A stretch of DNA of 64,000 nt, from contig NC_068983.1 of assembly GCF_001194135.2 (NCBI RefSeq), forward strand, positions 103,335,978 to 103,399,977, given 5' to 3'. The notes under the pieces are model-generated. The model had not been told where the DNA came from. It ran no database searches and saw nothing but the letters and a program-made list of their open reading frames with translations. Positions 38,999 through 53,066 of this stretch are shown here, in pieces. The number at the start of each line of letters is the position of its first letter. Positions within the stretch are counted from its first letter, which is position 1. This DNA comes from Octopus bimaculoides. Its lineage: Eukaryota. The position numbers were made by a program, and so were the translations under genes.

Positions 38999-40182
38999 AA
39001 GACATTCGAGCGAGATCGTTGCCAGTGCCGCCGAACTGGCTCCTGTGCAGGTGGCACGTAAAATACACCATTTTGAGTGTGGCCGTTGCCAGTACCGCTT
39101 GACTAGCCTTCGTGCCAGTGGCACATAAAAGCACCAACTACACTCTCGGACTGGTTGGCATTAGGAAGGGCATCCAGCTGTCGAAACTGCCAAATCAGAT
39201 TGGAGCCTGGTGTAGCCATCTGGTTTCACCAGTCCTCAGTCAAATTGTCCAACCCATGCTAGCATGGAAAGCGGATGTTAAACGATGATGACGATAATGA
39301 TGATAACTGATCCTCCTGAATTTTCTTTTACCTCAAGCCAGCAACTTTTCAGCACCCTTTCGTATAATATATATATATATATATACATACAACTAACAGG
39401 TTGCTGCATTGTTTCCTACAAAATATCACTCGTGAAGCTTTGGTTCAAGTGTTACATAGTGAAACTAAAGCCAGACCATACAGAGTTGTGAAGCAAAAAT
39501 CTTTACTAAACAATCTTACCACTAAGCCATATCCACTTCACAATATTCTAAGGTAAGTTCATATATTCAAGGCACCCTAAAATATGAGAGAAGCTTATGT
39601 GATCCAAGAAAGAGAGAGAGATGACAGAGGCCCAGGGTGCATGGAAAAAAAAGGAGTAAGAGTATGCTGTCAGAAAGTGACATGAGTGATGACAAAGAGT
39701 ACAGGAGGGACAGCGATGGCAGAGTGAAATGGGCACAAGTGGTCCAATTAACCACCTACATATACATAGGTTGTGGAGACAAGCCAGAGGGATTGTAAGA
39801 GGGAGAACTGAAAGTAAGTGGATCCTATGCGTGTATGCAGTACAAAAGAGTGATCGGGAGAGGATCAAAATACATCCAATGGCATCCTTAGTTGCAATGA
39901 GTGAAAGCAAAGTACAGCAAGTATGTATGTATGTGTGCTTTTGTGGGAGAGAGAGAGAGAGAGAGAGATAGAGAGAGAGAGTGAGAGAGATAGAGAGTGA
40001 GAGTGTGTCTGTGTGTATGTGTGTAAATGATATATGAATGTATGAGTAAAAAAACCATGTGTAAGTAAATGTGTGTGTGAGCATATATATATATATATAT
40101 AAATGTATGTGTGTGCATATACATAAATAAACAGTTGTATGTTTATATATAAATGAGTATATATTAATAAACAAATATATGA

Positions 40183-40224
<42 letters not shown>

Positions 40225-41000
40225 TATATATATATATATCTATATATATGGCCCAGCCAGTCCACTTATGCGTACCTTCCTTCCTTCATTGGACACTAAA
40301 CTCCACTTGCAAAGACCTGTTGAGGCAAGTGAAATCGAAATCGAGTTAAATTGGACACTAAACTTCCACTTGCGAAGACCTGTTGAAGCAAGTGAAATTG
40401 AAATCGAGTTAAATTTGACGACTGGCACCCATGCCAACGTTGTCTCCCTCATTGNNNNNNNNNNNNNNNNNNNNNNNNNNNNNNNNNNNNNNNNNNNNNN
40501 NNNNNNNNNNNNNNNNNNNNNNNNNNNNNNNNNNNNNNNNNNNNNNNNNNNNNNNNNNNNNNNNNNNNNNNNNNNNNNNNNNNNNNNNNNNNNNNNNNNN
40601 NNNNNNNNNNNNNNNNNNNNNNNNNNNNNNNNNNNNNNNNNNNNNNNNNNNNNNNNNNNNNNNNNNNNNNNNNNNNNNNNNNNNNNNNNNNNNNNNNNNN
40701 NNNNNNNNNNNNNNNNNNNNNNNNNNNNNNNNNNNNNNNNNNNNNNNNNNNNNNNNNNNNNNNNNNNNNNNNNNNNNNNNNNNNNNNNNNNNNNNNNNNN
40801 NNNNNNNNNNNNNNNNNNNNNNNNNNNNNNNNNNNNNNNNNNNNNNNNNNNNNNNNNNNNNNNNNNNNNNNNNNNNNNNNNNNNNNNNNNNNNNNNNNNN
40901 NNNNNNNNNNNNNNNNNNNNNNNNNNNNNNNNNNNNNNNNNNNNNNNNNNNNNNNNNNNNNNNNNNNNNNNNNNNNNNNNNNNNNNNNNNNNNNNNNNNN

Positions 41001-41031
<31 letters not shown>

Positions 41032-41493
41032 CTATATATAAATACACACACATACATAATTATCATGTTAGAAAGTAAAATGTCAAAACCATTGTAAGAG
41101 TTAAAGAAACACCAACGACAGACTTTCTGCACATCTGACCTAGAAGATAGGTCATTGGCCTAGTTATTTAACATCTTTGTTTGTGGCTTTCTGTTTTGCT
41201 TCTGTTCATTCAGAGAGAAGAACATATATGTGGTATGTTAAGCAGCATGGGACTTAGTACTAGTTAAACATTTGGTTAGTAAACAACCAGCTTTACCTGC
41301 AACAATTCATCTGTTTTAACTTATCATTGGGTTGCAGTGACATTAGGCAAAGAGGAAAATATCTCAATCAATAGTAAAATCATTTAGGATTAATTTACAA
41401 ATTAGCTAAACTGCACATATGCATGCACACACACATACACGTATGCATACATACACGTGTGTGTATATATGTGTGTGTGTGTGTGTGTGTGTA

Positions 41494-41553
<60 letters not shown>

Positions 41554-42828
41554 TACACTTATATACACACATGTACACTGTATATGCACATGTGCACACA
41601 CTCAAGCACACGTGCATGTATTGCACAAAAGCTGACAGTATAAGAAAAATATGGAGGTTAAAAACAGAAAAACAATAACTGAAAGTAATCAATAAGTCAG
41701 GATTTTATATTATAGCAAAACAGAAGAAAATAACAACATTAGTTTGTGAAATTAATTAAGAAAATTGTTTAGATAATGTATTTATTTTCTCATTGCTTAA
41801 AAAGCTCTGAGTAGTCTAATTATAAAACATACATTGCCATGATGGTAGCTTTTGGAATTGGTAATGGTAAATCCCTTCTCTTCGGCAACAACAAAGCAAA
41901 AGCAACCTTGGAAAATATGATGATATTTGAGATATAGAATTAAATACTGTTTGTTTTGTATTCTTTTCTTTAATATATATTTCTCTTTGTTTTCAGTTTA
42001 TCATGTTTTGGATTTAGTACCCACTTATAATTTTGTTGGTATAGTTGATACTGTTTAATCATAAAAACTGTTGCATCCTATTCTAGAATATATTTTGTTT
42101 ACCCAAAGCCTTAAGTCTTTAAAGGAAGATCTAAAGAAAATAAACTACATTTATTACCACCAATGTAACACAAGTGAATCTGAAGGACCAGTCTTTCGTG
42201 ACACAACAGTACTAATAATTTTTTCTATTATAAGCACAAGGCCTGAAATTTTAGTCAGTCACATCAACCCCCAGTAATCAACTGGTACTTATTTTATCGA
42301 CCTTAAAAGGATGAAAGGCAGAGATGACCTTGGTGGGATTTGAACTCAGGAACATAAAAAAAGGACAAATTGCTGGAAAGTATTTTTGTCTGGCATACTA
42401 ACAAGGTTCTGCAGCTCTATTAATAAATAACCAATCTAAGAGAGATAACTGACTACAACCACCCTGTTAACCCTTTTGATAACATCTTGCCTAAAACTGC
42501 CCTTGGTCCTTTGATGCAAACTTCCTGCTTCAAAGTCATCTAAATTAAAACTTACCATTAAAATTTCATGTTAATTTATATTTCAAATAACAGCTTGATA
42601 ATTACGATTTTTTCACAAAATTCCTGTTTTCAAAATTTATTGAAACATAAGCACAATTTTTTCACAAAATTCCTGTTTTCAAAATTTATTGAAACATAAG
42701 CAGTCTATTTCAACACAAATATGTTAACAAATGACATTGCTTCTAAATAGATAATGATTAACAACAGGTAAGAAAGCAATATTTCTTTTGGTTGGTTAGT
42801 TAAAGATGCTAAGGTCAGTAGGCAATAT

Positions 42829-43041
42829 CATCATTATCATCGTTTAATGTCCACTTTCCATGCTAGCATGGGTTGGACGATTTGACCGAGGACTGGTGAA
42901 CCAGATGGCTACACCAGGCTCCAATCTGATTTGGCAGAGCTTCTACAGCTGGATGCCCTTCCTAACGCCAACCACTCAGAGAGTATAGTGGGTGCTTTTA
43001 CGTGTCACCCACACGAAGGCCAGTCAGGCGGTACTTGCAAC
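42829..43041 (-). mobile_element. RTE 3'-UTR-derived short insertion with 16-bp TSD
   Basis: TSD ggtcagtaggcaatat at 42813-42828 and 43042-43057; (CAT)n tail. Same family near 32.5, 37.63, 39.0, 46.2, 48.68 and 50.78 kb. Confidence 0.85.
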
Positions 43042-44161
43042 GGTCAGTAGGCAATATAAAGCAAGAATATATTTATACATCAATACACGTACAAATATGA
43101 CTGGTGTGTTCTTATGTCCACTGAAGACTGCCAGTGGTTCATCTTGGACAAGATTTGCTTATGGGGGTAGCTGGAGTTCTTTGTCCTTATATGCTACCAA
43201 GTTTAACACCAATACTTGGCCTTCGGATGCTTTTAACAGAATTCAAGCTGTTGCAAGTATTTAAACCAGATTCCCACCATAGTTTCTTCCTGGTTCACAT
43301 TTTCCTTGAAGACAATGGTCCGTATGTATTCAAGCAGAACATCAGATATATTCATCTCCTTAATCTGGGGAAACCAACAGTAGTTATGTGTACTGTCTCT
43401 TCTCCCTGGACTAATTTATAAATGAGAAAGCAAACAAACAAACTTGTCACTATATCCCAGCAACAAACTTGGCAAAGATGACCAGAGGTGATTTGGATGC
43501 AAAAATACATTGTATTTATCCTCAAGATACGAAAAATAAAGCAAAGCAAAAGTGACTGACTAACATCAAAAACAACTCTTTTTAGTCATTGATGTATGTA
43601 TGCTTGGCAGATTTCAGAGTTCCTGGAGTTTCAAGAAATGGTAACATGAATAATCAACCTAAATTTACTGAACGGAATAAAGTAAATATCAACTACACTT
43701 TCAATTTGTCAGAAACNNNNNNNNNNGAAACAATTCTCTTTTTTTTTTGTGTGTGTGTGTGTGTGTGTGTGTGGTTTTTTTTTTTGTTCACTCTTTTCCA
43801 TCAAGCTTCCCATGCTTGAAAAGGAAACTAGATGCTTTATTTATTAGAGTGATTGTCGTTGTTAAACCGGAGGACATCCCTTCTTACATACAATGTGAAA
43901 CCCAGTGGTTACATATGACATTGTACATGAGAAATATTCAGGGGAAATAAAACCTATTATGTTAATATGTATTTTATTCATGTCATAAGACTTTTATAAA
44001 CTACAAGCACAGACGTGACTGTGTGGTAAGAGACTTGCTTCCCAGCCACATGGTTCCAAGTTCAGTCCCATTGTGTAGCACTTTAGGCAAGCTACTATAT
44101 ACTTAAGCTGACCAAAGCCTTGTGAGTGAATTCAGTAGACAGAAACTGAAAGAAGCCCACC

Positions 44162-44253
<92 letters not shown>

Positions 44254-45142
44254 AAGTGTGCATGTCATTGTGCCTGTGTTGGTCTCCCTGCCACTGCTTG
44301 ATAACCGGTGTTGGTGTGTTTGCGTTCCTGTAACTTAGTGGTACGGCAAAGAGACTACTTATTCTAATAAGTACCAGGTCTTAAAAAAATAATTACTGGT
44401 GTCAATTCAATCTACTAAAAAAATTCAAGGCAGTGCTCCAGCATGGTTGCAGTCTAATGACTGAAATAAATAAAAGATAAAAGATATCAAGAGAACATAA
44501 AATAATCCCTATTTAGAATAGTATATAATGCACATCTAAAACTGCAAACAATAGCATGCCTACAGGAGATATAGGTCCCATGTGTCGCCTTCAACTTTTT
44601 CTAATCAAAGGGATTTTCAACCCAGTATTTACATGCTATTGTTTAAAGTTTTATATGTGTACTTTGAGATAAACTATTCCAAAAAAAGTTGATTTCATAT
44701 ATTTCATATTGCAATTGGTGAACATCAGTTTCATTAGTTACATATTCGTGACAGTGCAATCACTAGTTCACATCATTTTTAATGGCAACAGCGACAAGGG
44801 ATTATCTGTGCAGTTCAGACAGAACAGAGTGCACTTTAGTTTAAAAGCTCTAATTTTCTTAATAATTTACATCTTTCTCTAATATATACTGACAAAAGAT
44901 TTGCATACACACACACACGTAAAATACAGATACATACACATATATCTTTTATCTTTTACTTGTTTCATGTACTGAACTGTGGCCACACTGGAGCTATAGT
45001 CAGACACTTGCCCAAGGTGCCACACAGTGAGACTGAACCAGAAACCACATGGTAACAAAATGATCTTCTTAATCATACAGCAATGCCTCCCCCACCACAC
45101 ACAAATGCATCTATTTATCTGTCTGTCTGTCTGTCTTTCTCT

Positions 45143-45196
<54 letters not shown>

Positions 45197-46164
45197 GGCT
45201 GTATAACTAAGATTACTTTGTTGCCATGTGGCTTCTGGTTCAGTCTCACTGCATGGCACCTTGGGCAAATGTCTTTGACTATAGCTCCAGCATGGCCAGT
45301 TCAATAACTGAAACAAGTAAAAGATAAAAAAATATATGTGTATGTATGTATATAATGTCAGGATACTGCGCAGTTTCTGCCAAGCAAATTCCATTCACAG
45401 AGCATAGGTGAACCCGAGGTTATGGTAGCAGACATTTGCCCAAAGTACCAAGCAGTAAGATGAACATGGTTATGAAGTGAACTACTTAACTGCCCAGTCA
45501 CACCTGCATTCAAACTGAAATTGCAGTATTGAAAGAAGTTTCAAATACTTTAGAACATACTAAAAATTTAAAATATGAAATCCCCCAAAAGTTCTCTCAA
45601 AAATGAAAGTCAAAATATATATTAAGCTCCTCTTCTTATAAGAAAATTTTAAGTTTTAACCCTACTTAAGTAACATAAACCTTTTCTATTTTCTTAAATA
45701 ATTTGCCTTGATAATGTGATCGGAAGAATACAAGTCAGTCTTTTGTCCAATATGAAAGGACAATAATTATAATTCGGTAATAAAATGTTATGTAAAAGAA
45801 ATTTTCAAAATAAGTCCTTAACTGAAGCCAAGGTGGTAAAGGAAAGCAAATTTAATGCACGGTTAGCAAATTTGATTAACTAAACATTTTTTCTATTTAA
45901 TTATAGGTTTCTACAGGAAGATAAGAAAAAGGAAAATGTTTTAAACCAAGTCTACGATTAGCTAAAAATAAATCACTTGCTCTACACTTGAAATACTGAC
46001 TAACAAAATAAACATATAAATTAAAAAGTGAAAAAAGAAAGAAAAAGAAAAAATTTTTGTATAAAATTGAATACGATAACTCATTTTGAATATAAACATA
46101 TTTATAACTTGAGATTCAGTATCAAAAATAAACTATTAAGTGCATGTGTATATGTGTATAATTC

Positions 46165-46197
<33 letters not shown>

Positions 46198-46198
<1 letters not shown>

Positions 46199-47341
46199 CA
46201 TCATCATCATCATCATCGTTTAACGTCCGCTTTCCATGCTAGCATGGGTTGGACGACTTGACTGAGGACTGGTGAAACCGGATGGCAACACCAGGCTCCA
46301 ATCTAAATTTGGCAGAGTTTCTACAGCTGGATGCCCTTCCTAACGCCAACCACTCAGAGAGTGTAGTAGGTGCTTTTACGTGTCACCTGCACGAAGGCCA
46401 GTCAGGCGATACTGGCAACAGCCACGCTCGAAATGGTGTCTTTTATGTGCCANNNNNNNNNNNNNNNNNNNNNNNNNNNNNNNNNNNNNNNNNNNNNNNN
46501 NNNNNNNNNNNNNNNNNNNNNNNNNNNNNNNNNNNNNNNNNNNNNNNNNNNNNNNNNNNNNNNNNNNNNNNNNNNNNNNNNNNNNNNNNNNNNNNNNNNN
46601 NNNNNNNNNNNNNNNNNNNNNNNNNNNNNNNNNNNNNNNNNNNNNNNNNNNNNNNNNNNNNNNNNNNNNNNNNNNNNNNNNNNNNNNNNNNNNNNNNNNN
46701 NNNNNNNNNNNNNNNNNNNNNNNNNNNNNNNNNNNNNNNNNNNNNNNNNNNNNNNNNNNNNNNNNNNNNNNNNNNNNNNNNNNNNNNNNNNNNNNNNNNN
46801 NNNNNNNNNNNNNNNNNNNNNNNNNNNNNNNNNNNNNNNNNNNNNNNNNNNNNNNNNNNNNNNNNNNNNNNNNNNNNNNNNNNNNNNNNNNNNNNNNNNN
46901 NNNNNNNNNNNNNNNNNNNNNNNNNNNNNNNNNNNNNNNNNNNNNNNNNNNNNNNNNNNNNNNNNNNNNNNNNNNNNNNNNNNNNNNNNNNNNNNNNNNN
47001 NNNNNNNNNNNNNNNNNNNNNNNNNNNNNNNNNNNNNNNNNNNNNNNNNNNNNNNNNNNNNNNNNNNNNNNNNNNGGCTGTTCGTACACATGCGTCATAC
47101 AGTCTGCCTTTTACTCTGAGTGAGAGTCCCTTTGTCGCCAGCAGGGGTAAGAGCTCTCTAAACTTTGCCCAGGCTATTCTTATTCTAGCAGCTACACTTT
47201 CAGCGCAGAATAAGAATAGCCTGGGCAAAGTTTAGAGAGCTCTTACCCCTGCTGGCGACAAAGGGACTCTCACTCAGAGTAAAAGGCAGACTGTATGACG
47301 CATGTGTACGAACAGCCATGCTACATGGCAGTGAAACATGA
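46198..47341 (-). mobile_element. 5'-truncated RTE-clade LINE (mostly in gap) with inverted duplication at its 5' end
   Basis: (CAT)n tail and 3' UTR at 46198-46452; ORF piece AESVAARIRIAWAKFRELLPLLATKGLSLRVKGRLYDACVRTA at 47076-47206; inverted copy at 47207-47341. Confidence 0.75.
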
Positions 47342-48098
47342 GACTATGTTACAATGAAATAGACATTTACAAATTGATTTTAATGACCTTTACTCACATA
47401 CAAATGTGTGTGTATTCCTATATTAATATAATCTGGGTAATAACCTTATAGTTTGTTTTCCACAAGGTCAGAATTTGGGGGGGAAGGGGTAGTTGATTAC
47501 ATTGAGCCCAGTGCATGACTGGAACTTATTTTATCAACCCAGAAGGACAAAAGGTAAAGTCGACCTCAGCAGAATTTGAACTCAGAACATAGTGACAGAT
47601 GAAATGCAGCTTAGCCTGGTATGTTAACGATCCTGCCAGCTCACCACCTCCAACTATTATACATAGCTATATAGTCTACGTTACAAATTGAGTTCTTTTC
47701 TCCTATTCATAACAACCAAGGTAATATATGTATTATAAACACACACACACACACACACAAATATATATAAACTAGCACTCCGCTGGTTACAGCAACAAGG
47801 GTTCTAGTTGATGTGGAACAACCTGTTAGTGAAATTAACTTGCAAGTGACTGAGCACTCCACAAACATGCATACTCTTAATGTATAGTCTTCAGGGATTT
47901 TTAGCATAACACAGAATGTGACAAGGCTATCCCTTTGAAATACAGGTACTACTTATTTTTGGCAGTTGAGTGAACTGGAGCAGCATGAAATAAAATGTTA
48001 AAATGTCTTGCTCAAGGACACAAGACACCACGGGGAATCGAACTCGCGAGCTTAAGATCATAAGCTGAATACCCTAACCACTAAGCCAAGTGCCTTCA

Positions 48099-48164
<66 letters not shown>

Positions 48165-49700
48165 CCACTATCATTTAGCATTCAGGCTGGCATAGGTTGG
48201 ATGATTTGACAAGCATACATATACATAAAGTCTTTATTAGGTTTGTTTTTGGTGTGATATGTTTGTGATGTGATGTTGACTGAAAATAAAGTATCTGACA
48301 GCTGAAATTTGTTGCATTGTCCGAATGTCCTTTTTGGAATAAGTTCTTTTGTTATAAGTACAATTTAGTAGCTATAACTTATCACTATGTGTNNNNNNNN
48401 NNNNNNNNNNNNNNNNNNNNNNNNNNNNNNNNNNNNNNNNNNNNNNNNNNNNNNNNNNNNNNNNNNNNNNNNNNNNNNNNNNNNNNNNNNNNNNNNNNNN
48501 NNNNNNNNNNNNNNNNNNNNNNNNNNNNNNNNNNNNNNNNNNNNNNNNNNNNNNNNNNNNNNNNNNNNNNNNNNNNNNNNNNNNNNNNNNNNNNNNNNNN
48601 NNNNNNNNNNNNNNNNNNNNNNNNNNNNNNNNNNNNNNNNNNNNNNNNNNNNNNNNNNNNTATATATATATATATAATCGTCATCATCATCATTTAACAT
48701 CCATTTTTCATGCTGGTATGGGTTAGACGATTTGACAGGAGCTGACCAAATGAAGGGCTGTTCAGGCTTCATATCTGTTTTGGCATGGTTATTATGGCTG
48801 GATGCCCTTCCTAATGCCAAGCACTTTACAGACTGTACTGGGTGCTTTTTACACACCACCTGGCCATAGGGAATTATTACCCGGGCAACAGAAAGGGTTT
48901 CTAGCCACTGAAAAACTGGATGCTAAAATGATGATATATATATATATATATATATATCAATTAAGGCTACCATTGGTTTCATGATAAGGGAGAAATCCCT
49001 CAACAACTAACAAGCATGTCACAGATTTGATAATTGTCAGCGGATTTTTTGATATTAAGATGTGTGTGTGTGTGTGTACATGTGCATGCACATGCACATG
49101 TACACACACACATATTTATACATTTGTACCAACACTTACATACAGTTACATTCTTGTCCTTGAATTATTGTTTACAAATGTATTCCATTTAATAACAAAA
49201 ATTGAAATTAAATATACTAAACTTTCTTACTAATTGTTTTTATTGTTATATTTGTTAAGAAAAAAATATTCACTTTTAAATTAAATCTGTCAAAATAAAA
49301 GAACTATACATGTACTGACAACAAGAACAAAAATATGCAGTTTTTATTGTCTCACTAACTTGGTAATAACTATTATTAACATTTTGTTGATAAAAATAAC
49401 CACCCCGCCGAGTGTTCGAGGACGAACTAAATTTAAATGGAGACAATGTGTCGAAGTAAATCTAAGCTTAATTTCACACACAAGTAAAATGTGGAACAGA
49501 GTATAATAAATAAATAAATAAATAAACAAATAAATAAAAGGAAGAAGAAAAGAAGAAAAGAAAGTAGTAAGGAAAGAACGAAAGCAGTAAGAAAAGAAAA
49601 GTCTGAATAAGGGTCAATGTTTTGCTACTACCCATTTTGAAAACTAATAATTTCTTTCACTAGTCACATTATCAAAGCTTACAACAACAATAATAACAAT

Positions 49701-50163
49701 TCTTTCTATTATAAGCACAAGGCCTGGAATTTGGAGGAGGGGGGATTGTCAATTACATTGAGCCCAGTACTCAACTTGTACCTATTTTATCAACTCAGAA
49801 ATGATGAAAAACAAAGTCAGCCTTAGCAGAATTTGAACTCAGAATGTGAAGGCAGATGAAATACTGCTAAGCATTTTACGATTCTGCCAGCTTGCTGCCA
49901 TAATAATAATGCCTTAATAATAATAATAATAATGATGATGATGATAATCCTTTCTGCTATAGGTACAAGGCCTGAAATTTTTCAGGGATAGTTGATTACA
50001 ACAACCCCAGTAGTAAACTGGTACTTATTTCATCAACCCTGAAAGAATTAAAGGCAAAGTTGACTTCAGAACATAAAAACTAATGAAATGTCACAAGCAT
50101 TTTATCTGGTATACTAATGATTCTGCCAGCTTAAAAATAATAATTATTATAACTAATAATTAA

Positions 50164-50197
<34 letters not shown>

Positions 50198-51150
50198 CCT
50201 TTCTACTATAGGCACAAGGCCTGAAATTTGTGGGATGCAGATAGTTGATTATATCAACCCCAATACTCAATTGGTACTTATTTTATTGACCCCAAAAGGA
50301 TGAAAGGCAAAATCAACCTCAGCAGAATTTGAACTCAGAACATAAAGACAGATGAAATACACTAAGCATTTCGTCCGGCATGCTAACAATTCTGCCAGCT
50401 TGCCACTTTAATTATGATGATGGTGATGATAATCCTGTCTGCTATAGGCACAAGGCCTGAATTTTGGGGGAGGGGGTAAGTCAATTATATTGACTCCAGT
50501 ACACAGCTAGTACTTATTTTATTGACCCTGAGAGGATGAAAGGCAAAGTCGACCACAGTGAAATCTGAACTCAGAACATAAGGTCAGATGAAATATCACT
50601 TAGCATTTTGCCCAGCATGCTAACAATTCTTCCAGCTCAATCCTTTCTACTATAGGAACAAGGCCTGAAATTTGTAGGGAGGAGCTAGTTGATTACAACA
50701 ACTGGAAATTATTTCATTGGCCTTAAAAGAATGAAAGGTAAAGTCAACAGAATTGGCTGATTAATTCAACTCCAGTACTTCATCATCATCATCATCATCG
50801 TTTAATGTCTGCTTTCCATGCTAGCATGGGTTGGACGATTTGACTGAGGACTGGTGAAACCAGATGCCTACACCAGGCTCCAATCTGATTTGGCAGAGTT
50901 TCTACAGCTGGATGCCCTTCCTAACGCCAACCGCTCAGAGAGTGTAGTGGGTGCTTTTACGTGTCACCCACACGAAGGCCAGTCAGGCGGTACTGGCAAC
51001 GGCCATGCTCAAAATGGTGTATTTTATGTGCCACCCGCACAAGAGCAAGTCCAGGGGCACTGGCAACGATCTCGCTTGACTGGAAACTTATTAATATCTC
51101 GACCCTGAAGGAGGAAAGGAAAGTAGTCTCTAGTTGCAATTGAACTCAGA
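49701..51150 (-). mobile_element. Head-to-tail cluster of six family-A SINE copies plus an RTE-tail insertion
   Basis: Units start near 49701, 49949, 50198, 50434 and 50641; a sixth is split by the RTE-tail element at 50781-51078. Most linkers are (TAA)n/(TGA)n. Confidence 0.8.
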
Positions 51151-51497
51151 ATATAAGGGAAGAGAAGGGGGTTATAGCAGAAAATGAAGTCAGAGATGCA
51201 AGGATTCGTGGATAGAGTTTTCTTGTTTTACATAGAAAATGTGAAATAACAAGTGTTTTCTCCCATTCCTTTCTAGCCTAAGTCTGCTCTATTTAGAAAA
51301 CATTAGACCAAAGAACATGCATTGTATAGCCAGCTTTTGTAAATCATTATTAAATTAAGGAGACAACAGTGAAAATATGGTTTCAAATATTTTTTACAGT
51401 TTTGTATTATTTGAAGGCTTCAAAATCCGAAGTAGCAACAGTAGAAGAGCTAGTAATATTTGTAGTGTTATTGGTGGTGGGAGAGATAGTAGTTGCC

Positions 51498-51529
<32 letters not shown>

Positions 51530-52187
51530 AGAGAGAGAGAGAGAGAGAGAGTGTGTGAGAGAGAAAGTAAGTTACAGAGAGAGAGAGAGAGAGAGAGTGT
51601 GTGAGAGAGAGAGAAAGTGTGTGTGTGTGTGTGTGCATGTGTGTGTGTGTGTGTGTGTGTGAGTATGTGTGTTGTAAGGATGAAAGAATGTTGTATGAAG
51701 AGTTTTATGGTGTGAGAGTGTATCAAGTGTAAGCCATANNNNNNNNNNNNNNNNNNNNNNNNNNNNNNNNNNNNNNNNNNNNNNNNNNNNNNNNNNNNNN
51801 NNNNNNNNNNNNNNNNNNNNNNNNNNNNNNNNNNNNNNNNNNNNNNNNNNNNNNNNNNNNNNNNNNNNNNNNNNNNNNNNNNNNNNNNNNNNNNNNNNNN
51901 NNNNNNNNNNNNNNNNNNNNNNNNNNNNNNNNNNNNNNNNNNNNNNNNNNNNNNNNNNNNNNNNNNNNNNNNNNNNNNNNNNNNNNNNNNNNNNNNNNNN
52001 NNNNNNNNNNNNNNNNNNNNNNNNNNNNACCAACATCGCTATATAATATGGCCAGCTGAAAGAATTTAAAAATAAAAACAACAACAACAACAATAATAAT
52101 AATAATAATAAAGAAAAACTAAATAATAAATTTTAAGAAAGAAAGAATGGGATTTATTGTATGCATAATTCCAGTATTTGCAATATA

Positions 52188-53066
52188 TTGGGTCATCCCA
52201 TAAATAATGCAGTTTTTTCAATTACATGAACTTGGAGGGGGACAGGATAAACTACCTGCATCAACTTGCTATAAAAGCAGGCAATAATTTTACCTTGTTC
52301 TTATTTTTAGTGCAAGTTTTGAAGAGTGCAGTTTGATTTTAACAATTTTTTTCAAAGCTATAATGGAAGTGACAAGGGAGAATATTCGGCATATTTTGCT
52401 TGATGTGTTCAATAAAGGCAACAACAGAATGGAAAGTGCGAGGAATGTTAATGCAGCATATGGAGATCGGACAATAAGCGTAAGCCAGTGTCAACGGCGG
52501 TTTCAGAAATTCCGAGCCAGAAAACGAGCCTTGTCCTGGAAGATCTGTAGAGCTTGATGAGGATGTCCTGCAAACCTTAGTGGAACAAAATCCCATCGTA
52601 ATTGTTGAGGAACTAGCAGAGAAGCTTGGATTTGGTCATTCAACCATTCATTGACACCTATGTGCAATCAGAAAAATGGTTTCAAAATAAAAGGTGTTCT
52701 TCCCTCAGGATAATGCTCGGTCACATACAGCGAAGATGACATTCCAACCACCATATTCACCCTGCCCACCATATTTGCCAGGCATTGCCCCATCTGATTA
52801 GCATTAATTCTGCAGTCTTCAAAATCATTTGGACGGAAAACATATGAACTATAGAGACGAGATCAGAACAGTATTGGAGGAGTATTTTTCATCATGGACA
52901 AGTGAATTTTGGAAGAGGGGACTTGCATGTCTACCAGATAGATGGAAGAGCATTGTAGAAAATGAAGGAGAGTATACTTTAGATTAAAAAAGAACTTTGT
53001 TTATTTCAATTTTGAAAAAATAAAAGAAGTATATAAAAAAACAGCATTATTTATGGGATGACCCTA
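52188..53066 (+). mobile_element. mariner transposon, internally deleted
   Basis: TIRs ttgggtcatcccataaataatgc / gcattatttatgggatgaccc with TA flanks; N-terminus MEVTRENIRHILLDVFNKGNN...YGDRTISVSQCQRRFQKFR; degenerate APSDY motif. Confidence 0.9.

Noticed and set aside
40290-40420. CRISPR-like repeat-spacer array
   Set aside because: Two direct ~62-bp tandem units with no unique spacers, within a retroelement-derived 3' region in eukaryotic DNA.
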